In this document: positions 1 through 2,443 of the stretch, in pieces
Position numbering within the stretch: position 1 is the first letter of the stretch
How the letters are laid out: each line of letters starts with the position of its first letter
NCBI GenBank assembly: GCA_000004985.1
Contig: GG739260.1
Strand: one strand, 5' to 3'
DNA from: Naegleria gruberi
Lineage: Eukaryota
Length of the DNA: 2,443 nt
Notes under the pieces: model-generated
What the model was told of the DNA's origin: nothing
The model's input: only the letters and a program-made list of their open reading frames with translations
The model's database searches: none
Made by a program: the position numbers and the translations under genes

Positions 1-60
1 GTGTAAGTCGACTCGGCTTAATACCACTAGGGCGTTTCTTAACGATAATTTTTTTAACAT
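1..60 (-). CDS. Possible 5' coding exon of a neighbouring minus-strand gene, running off the left edge (MLKKLSLRNALVVLSRVDLH...).
   Basis: A minus-strand ATG at 58-60 opens a frame that stays open for 20 codons to position 1. Positions 1-45 are markedly GC-richer than the rest of the window. The peptide is basic and amphipathic, resembling an N-terminal targeting sequence. Twenty stop-free codons is only weak evidence. Confidence 0.15.
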   Translation of the reverse strand, partial: MLKKLSLRNALVVLSRVDLH

Positions 61-102
61 AAAACGCAATTTTCAAAAAAAACGCAGCACCCAAGCCAAA
101 AA

Positions 103-128
103 CAAGCCAAAAAATAAACCAAAAATTT
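103..128. repeat. A-rich microrepeat, (A/G)CCAAAAA x3.
   Basis: Direct reading: aagccaaaaa caagccaaaaaa taaaccaaaaa. It lies immediately upstream of the 20-bp tandem array. Confidence 0.6.
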
Positions 129-188
129 ATTATTAGCTCAAAAATGCTATTGTTAGCTCAAAAAGACTATTATTAGCACAAAAAAGCT
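129..188. repeat. 20-bp tandem repeat x3, unit TATTRTTAGCWCAAAAAKRC.
   Basis: Direct reading: tattattagctcaaaaatgc / tattgttagctcaaaaagac / tattattagcacaaaaaagc. About 85-90% identity between copies. Confidence 0.75.
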
Positions 189-208
189 AATTTTAACTTG
201 ATTAATAA

Positions 209-227
209 CAATTGGCTAGTTCAAACC
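209..227. promoter_or_regulatory. Reverse CCAAT box within CAATTGGCTAGTTCAAACC (copy 1 of the shared motif).
   Basis: ATTGGCT (211-217) followed by AGTTCAAAC. It is paralogous to 840-855 (ATTGGCT-TGT-CAACA). Confidence 0.25.
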
Positions 228-761
228 TCTAAAGTTAATTGGAAACAACACAAATATTATTTCATATTCGTGATCAGGATAGTTGAAATAGTGGGAATAC
301 CAAAAATTATTTCTTGAGCATATACTTTTTAAGAGTTGGATTTTGCACAAATTTTGTATAATTTTCGGTATTTAAAATATCAATAAATACACAATTTCAA
401 CACAACCTAACAATTTGAGTTGTAACACCATACATATGAGAAGGTGATATTCATGTTTGATGACTCAACATTACACCATCGGAAAGATATTGGTGATTTT
501 GCTCGTGAAATTTTCAAGTGTTCGAATTTTCGAAATGATGCGTTTATTTTGAAAATTGCGTTATAATTTAAAAATTAAAAGATGCAATAAGGTGAATTGT
601 TATTCCTAACGTTCATTTCTAATTTTAAAATTCTCAAACACAGAAGATGACCTTTCAATTCAGTAATAACAAAGAAATAATAATTAATAAACTTTTTCAG
701 AATCATCTAGTATTGTTTTCAAACAAAGGGGATAATGCTTCAAAAGACCAACATTGTCTCT

Positions 762-773
762 TTTCGCGCCAAA
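762..773. promoter_or_regulatory. E2F/DP-type binding site, TTTCGCGCCAAA.
   Basis: Exact match to the classic E2F consensus TTTSGCGCSAAA. It is one of the few CG-containing islands in an otherwise AT-rich stretch. Function is not demonstrated. Confidence 0.3.
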
Positions 774-838
774 ATGAACAGTTCCCGAATATTTTTTAGA
801 GGGTTTTTTAGGGTCACATTTTGCTTTGCTCTAGCTGT

Positions 839-856
839 GATTGGCTTGTCAACATT
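839..856. promoter_or_regulatory. Reverse CCAAT box within the motif GATTGGCTTGTCAACA (copy 2 of a shared motif).
   Basis: ATTGG (840-844) is CCAAT on the minus strand with NF-Y-like flanks (AGCCAATCA). A near-identical block, ATTGGCTAGTTCAAAC, occurs at 211-226. This copy lies 67 bp downstream of the E2F-like site. Confidence 0.25.
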
Positions 857-890
857 TTAAACTTTACCCCTAAAAAAACCGAAATTCACC

Positions 891-914
891 CTCAAAGTTG
901 GGTGCAACTTTGAG
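891..914. repeat. Perfect hairpin: 10-bp stem, 4-nt loop.
   Basis: CTCAAAGTTG (891-900), ggtg, CAACTTTGAG (905-914). The arms are exact reverse complements. Confidence 0.85.
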
Positions 915-1038
915 AAAGTTTTGTTAATAATTCAGGGCTCGAAAAAAACAAAAAGTTAAGGGTATTTTACACAGTAATTGGTATCAAGTTTTTAGACTGT
1001 AAAAAAAGTAAATTTATTAAATTTGAACAAGTCTAAAA

Positions 1039-1408
1039 TCAACTTGTCATTATTTGAAATCATGTAACAAAGCAACAGCTAAATATTGGCCATCCACTCA
1101 AATTATCAAAGCTCAACTTGTTAATTACAGAAACATCAATATGACAATGTCATTAATCATCCACTCAAATTATAAATTGAAAGATCCAATTACATCCACT
1201 AATTTTACCATGGCCATGTTGTTTCCACTTATTCAAATTCAGTGTATTTCCAATCAGATTCAATAATATTAATTCCAAATAATTGTAGTAACAAATAAGA
1301 AATCTCTCCTAACAATTCCGAATATTGTAATGTAATACATATTAAGTGAGATTGTTAGCAAAATAGGTTTGAAATAACCTTACATGAAAATGATAAATGA
1401 CAAGTTAA
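1039..1408. mobile_element. MITE-like non-autonomous element (~370 bp) bounded by terminal inverted repeats.
   Basis: Left end TCAACTTGTCATT (1039-1051) and right end AATGACAAGTTAA (1396-1408) form a 12/13 inverted repeat; AACTTGTCATT is an 11/11 match. Palindromic CATG sits a further 9 nt inward at both ends (1061-1064 and 1383-1386). The interior is AT-rich and carries its own direct repeats and palindromes. No clear target-site duplication was found, which lowers confidence. Confidence 0.3.
1091..1207. repeat. Dispersed direct repeat CATCCACTCAAATTAT: two exact copies plus one partial, inside the MITE-like element.
   Basis: Exact 16-mers at 1091-1106 and 1158-1173. A partial copy, CATCCACTAATTTTA, is at 1193-1207. 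Spacings are 67 and 35 bp. Confidence 0.6.
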
Positions 1409-1826
1409 TATTTCTATTAATGAGTATCATCCTCATCACTAATAAATAAATAATCAATAATTAATAATAAGAGTAAACTTACTTGACGATAGATCTGATC
1501 AATTAATTTAATATGTCAATAATGTTGATAATGTTGATGATAAATTAGGTTGAAAACTAACCTTTAGCATTTAGAGATTAGAACTTCATCCAAACTCAAT
1601 AGATTCCAACTAGTAAAGTCAAATAAAGCTAATATAAATGTGTAAATTAATTGGTAATGGCAATTTTAATCAAGTAAACCTACAACATTTTGCAATTGTG
1701 TATTTAATGTGAGATGTCATTGTGTATTAATTCAAATCAAAAAAGCTTACTTAAACATATCAATTTAAATATCAATTAATGAAAATTAACAACTAAAAGT
1801 AACTGAACTTACTTGAAAATGATATT

Positions 1827-1870
1827 CAGATATAATAGGAAGATTTCTCAAGTATAATAGGAAGAATTAT
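1827..1870. repeat. 22-bp tandem repeat x2, just downstream of the minus-strand gene's stop codon (probable 3' UTR).
   Basis: cagatataataggaagatttct / caagtataataggaagaattat, 18/22 identical. On the mRNA strand this is CTTCCTATTATA twice. Confidence 0.65.
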
Positions 1871-1893
1871 CAAAATAATTTGATACATTATAG

Positions 1894-2095
1894 TTACTTA
1901 CATTTTAAAAGAATGGAATGACAATCCAACACCTTGGAAAGGTATATTTTGGTGTCGTTTCGTAAAACTATAGCTTTGTGACCCACTCGCTCAATCGGCA
2001 ATGCCATCATTGAAGTGATTTTACCTAAACTCACTTCTTTGATGATGAGCTTGATTGTGGAGTCACGTACTACAAATGAATCAATTATTGCAGTT
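1894..2095 (-). CDS. Exon 3 of the same gene. Probably the terminal coding exon, with a TAA stop at 1894-1896.
   Basis: The frame set by the exon 2 to exon 3 junction reads KTAIIDSFVVRDSTIKLIIKEVSLGKITSMMALPIERVGHKAIVLRNDTKIYLSKVLDCHSILLKCK* with no stop for 64 codons; the other two frames stop within 5 codons. Local GC content is raised (gcgagtgggtcac). A GTGAGT at 2029-2034 and a GTAAGT overlapping the stop (1896-1901) are possible alternative donors, so the 3' boundary is uncertain. Confidence 0.5.
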
Positions 2096-2136
2096 CTAAA
2101 ATCAGTGAAAGAAACTAAGTAAACAAGAAAACTTAC
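2096..2136 (-). other. Intron 2, 41 nt, GTAAGT...TTTTAG.
   Basis: Minus-strand sequence gtaagttttcttgtttacttagtttctttcactgattttag. The split codon AA|A is completed as Lys, and the downstream frame stays open for 64 codons. Confidence 0.6.
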
Positions 2137-2294
2137 TTATTATCAATTGTAAAAATTCCAGAGTTATCAGCAGCTCCTTTCTTATCATGTTTGGCAAGAT
2201 ACATCCCATTATACATCACTGCCGAAATTTGATCTTGTGACTTCTTCATTATAATTGTATTTCCAATACTCTCATACTTTGAAACCATTGCAAG
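2137..2294 (-). CDS. Exon 2 (158 nt, phase 0 in / phase 2 out) of the same gene.
   Basis: After the intron 1 acceptor only one frame is open. It reads LAMVSKYESIGNTIIMKKSQDQISAVMYNGMYLAKHDKKGAADNSGIFTIDNK for 52 codons; the other two frames stop within 15 codons. The exon ends 2 nt into a codon at a perfect GTAAGT donor (plus 2131-2136). Confidence 0.65.
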
Positions 2295-2336
2295 CTAAAT
2301 ATGTTGAAGTAGTTATTAAGATTATTAGCAACTTAC
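2295..2336 (-). other. Intron 1, 42 nt, GTAAGT...ATTTAG.
   Basis: Minus-strand sequence gtaagttgctaataatcttaataactacttcaacatatttag. Canonical GTAAGT donor and AG acceptor. Splicing keeps the single open frame open across the junction. The length matches short nematode introns. Confidence 0.6.
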
Positions 2337-2443
2337 ATTCTTTTTATCCACAATTTCAAGGAGAGGAAGAAAAGTTTCATTTGCAATTCTGTACTTCAAT
2401 TCTTTGGTTAAATTAAAACTTTCCGATGCATACATTTCCACAT
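2337..2443 (-). CDS. Exon 1 (partial; runs off the window edge) of a spliced minus-strand gene, product unknown. Possible start Met at 2433-2435.
   Basis: Minus-strand frame 3 is the only frame without stops. It reads VEMYASESFNLTKELKYRIANETFLPLLEIVDKKN, while the other two frames stop within 12 codons. The exon ends in phase 0 immediately before a perfect GTAAGT donor (plus 2331-2336 = acttac). The frame is open to the window edge, so the true 5' end may lie beyond 2443. Confidence 0.6.

Noticed and set aside
1-45. A GC-rich stretch possibly encoding a structured small RNA (tRNA, snRNA or SL RNA).
   Set aside because: There is no T-loop (GGTTCGANTCC-like) or D-loop signature and no cloverleaf pairing. 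There is no Sm-site (AATTTTTGG) and no match to the SL1 22-mer. The GC richness is better explained as an exon edge.
374-379. AATAAA hexamers on the plus strand (374, 683, 1442, 1446, 1622) as poly(A) signals.
   Set aside because: AATAAA is expected many times by chance at this base composition. No plus-strand gene model ends upstream of any of them.
518-536. TTCGAATTTTCGAA, a heat-shock-element-like or palindromic site.
   Set aside because: The TTC and GAA units abut (TTCGAA) instead of alternating as nGAAnnTTCn pentamers, so it does not fit the HSE register. TTCGAA is itself a 6-bp palindrome that occurs twice here, probably by chance within the GC-richer block.
1054-1266. The 70-aa ORF from the supplied track (MKSCNKATAKYWPSTQIIKAQLVNYRNINMTMSLIIHSNYKLKDPITSTNFTMAMLFPLIQIQCISNQIQ).
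   Set aside because: It lies entirely inside the inverted-repeat-bounded, AT-rich, repeat-laden segment at 1039-1408. Its sequence is assembled from that segment's direct repeats (CATCCACTCAAATTAT x2) and palindromes. Its composition (I/N/Q/T-rich) is what AT-rich DNA gives by chance. It has no splice or trans-splice context. A single ~70-codon open frame in 2.4 kb of ~28% GC DNA searched on six frames is unremarkable.
1476-1490. Another minus-strand exon ending at the GTAAGT donor-like site (CGTCAA|GTAAGTTTAC).
   Set aside because: All three upstream frames hit stops within 5-7 codons, so no exon can end there. The same holds for the donor-like sites at 1746-1752 and 1809-1814.
1521-1538. 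The 9-mer AATGTTGAT repeated in tandem twice.
   Set aside because: It is real but trivial, only 18 bp with two units. It is most likely replication slippage in AT-rich DNA and not worth a separate finding.
2029-2034. Alternative short exon 3 (61 nt) ending at GTGAGT, followed by another intron.
   Set aside because: The frame reads through this site for a further 44 stop-free codons in AT-rich sequence. The only downstream acceptor candidate (CTTTCCAAG|G) is poor. The long-exon model is more parsimonious.
1-2443. A prokaryotic interpretation: operon, defence system, CRISPR array, Shine-Dalgarno-led genes.
   Set aside because: There are no long ORFs on any strand. Instead there are short open exons joined by canonical GTAAGT...AG introns of 41-42 nt. 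There are no direct-repeat/spacer arrays of CRISPR periodicity. The AAGGTGA seven nt upstream of the 453 ATG resembles a Shine-Dalgarno sequence, but it is isolated and meaningless in a spliceosomal-intron context.

Overview
This window is AT-rich DNA that looks eukaryotic, not prokaryotic. Six-frame ORFs are almost absent. Donor sites are perfect GTAAGT, introns are 41-42 nt, and acceptors are TTTCAG/TTTTAG-type. This is the pattern of a nematode (Caenorhabditis-like) genome; that assignment is an inference.

The best-supported feature is the 5' part of a spliced minus-strand gene at 1894-2443. It has three exons joined by GTAAGT...AG introns, and only one reading frame stays open across all junctions. 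The product is about 153 aa if translation starts at the Met at 2433-2435. I cannot place it in a protein family.

The remaining ~1.9 kb (1-1893) appears non-coding, either intergenic or UTR. It contains:
- short tandem repeats at 129-188 and 1827-1870;
- a perfect 10-bp-stem hairpin at 891-914;
- a textbook E2F-type site, TTTCGCGCCAAA, at 762-773;
- two copies of a reverse-CCAAT-containing motif, ATTGGCTWGTYCAAC, near 211 and 840;
- a ~370-bp segment (1039-1408) bounded by 11-13-bp inverted repeats that looks like a MITE-type element and fully contains the only ORF in the supplied track, which I judge spurious.

The first ~45 nt are GC-richer than the rest. They carry an ATG-initiated minus-strand frame that runs off the left edge, possibly the 5' exon of a neighbouring gene.

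I see no CRISPR array, RNA gene, or prokaryotic defence or operon-like system. The most novel-looking items are the uncharacterised small protein and the MITE-like inverted-repeat element.
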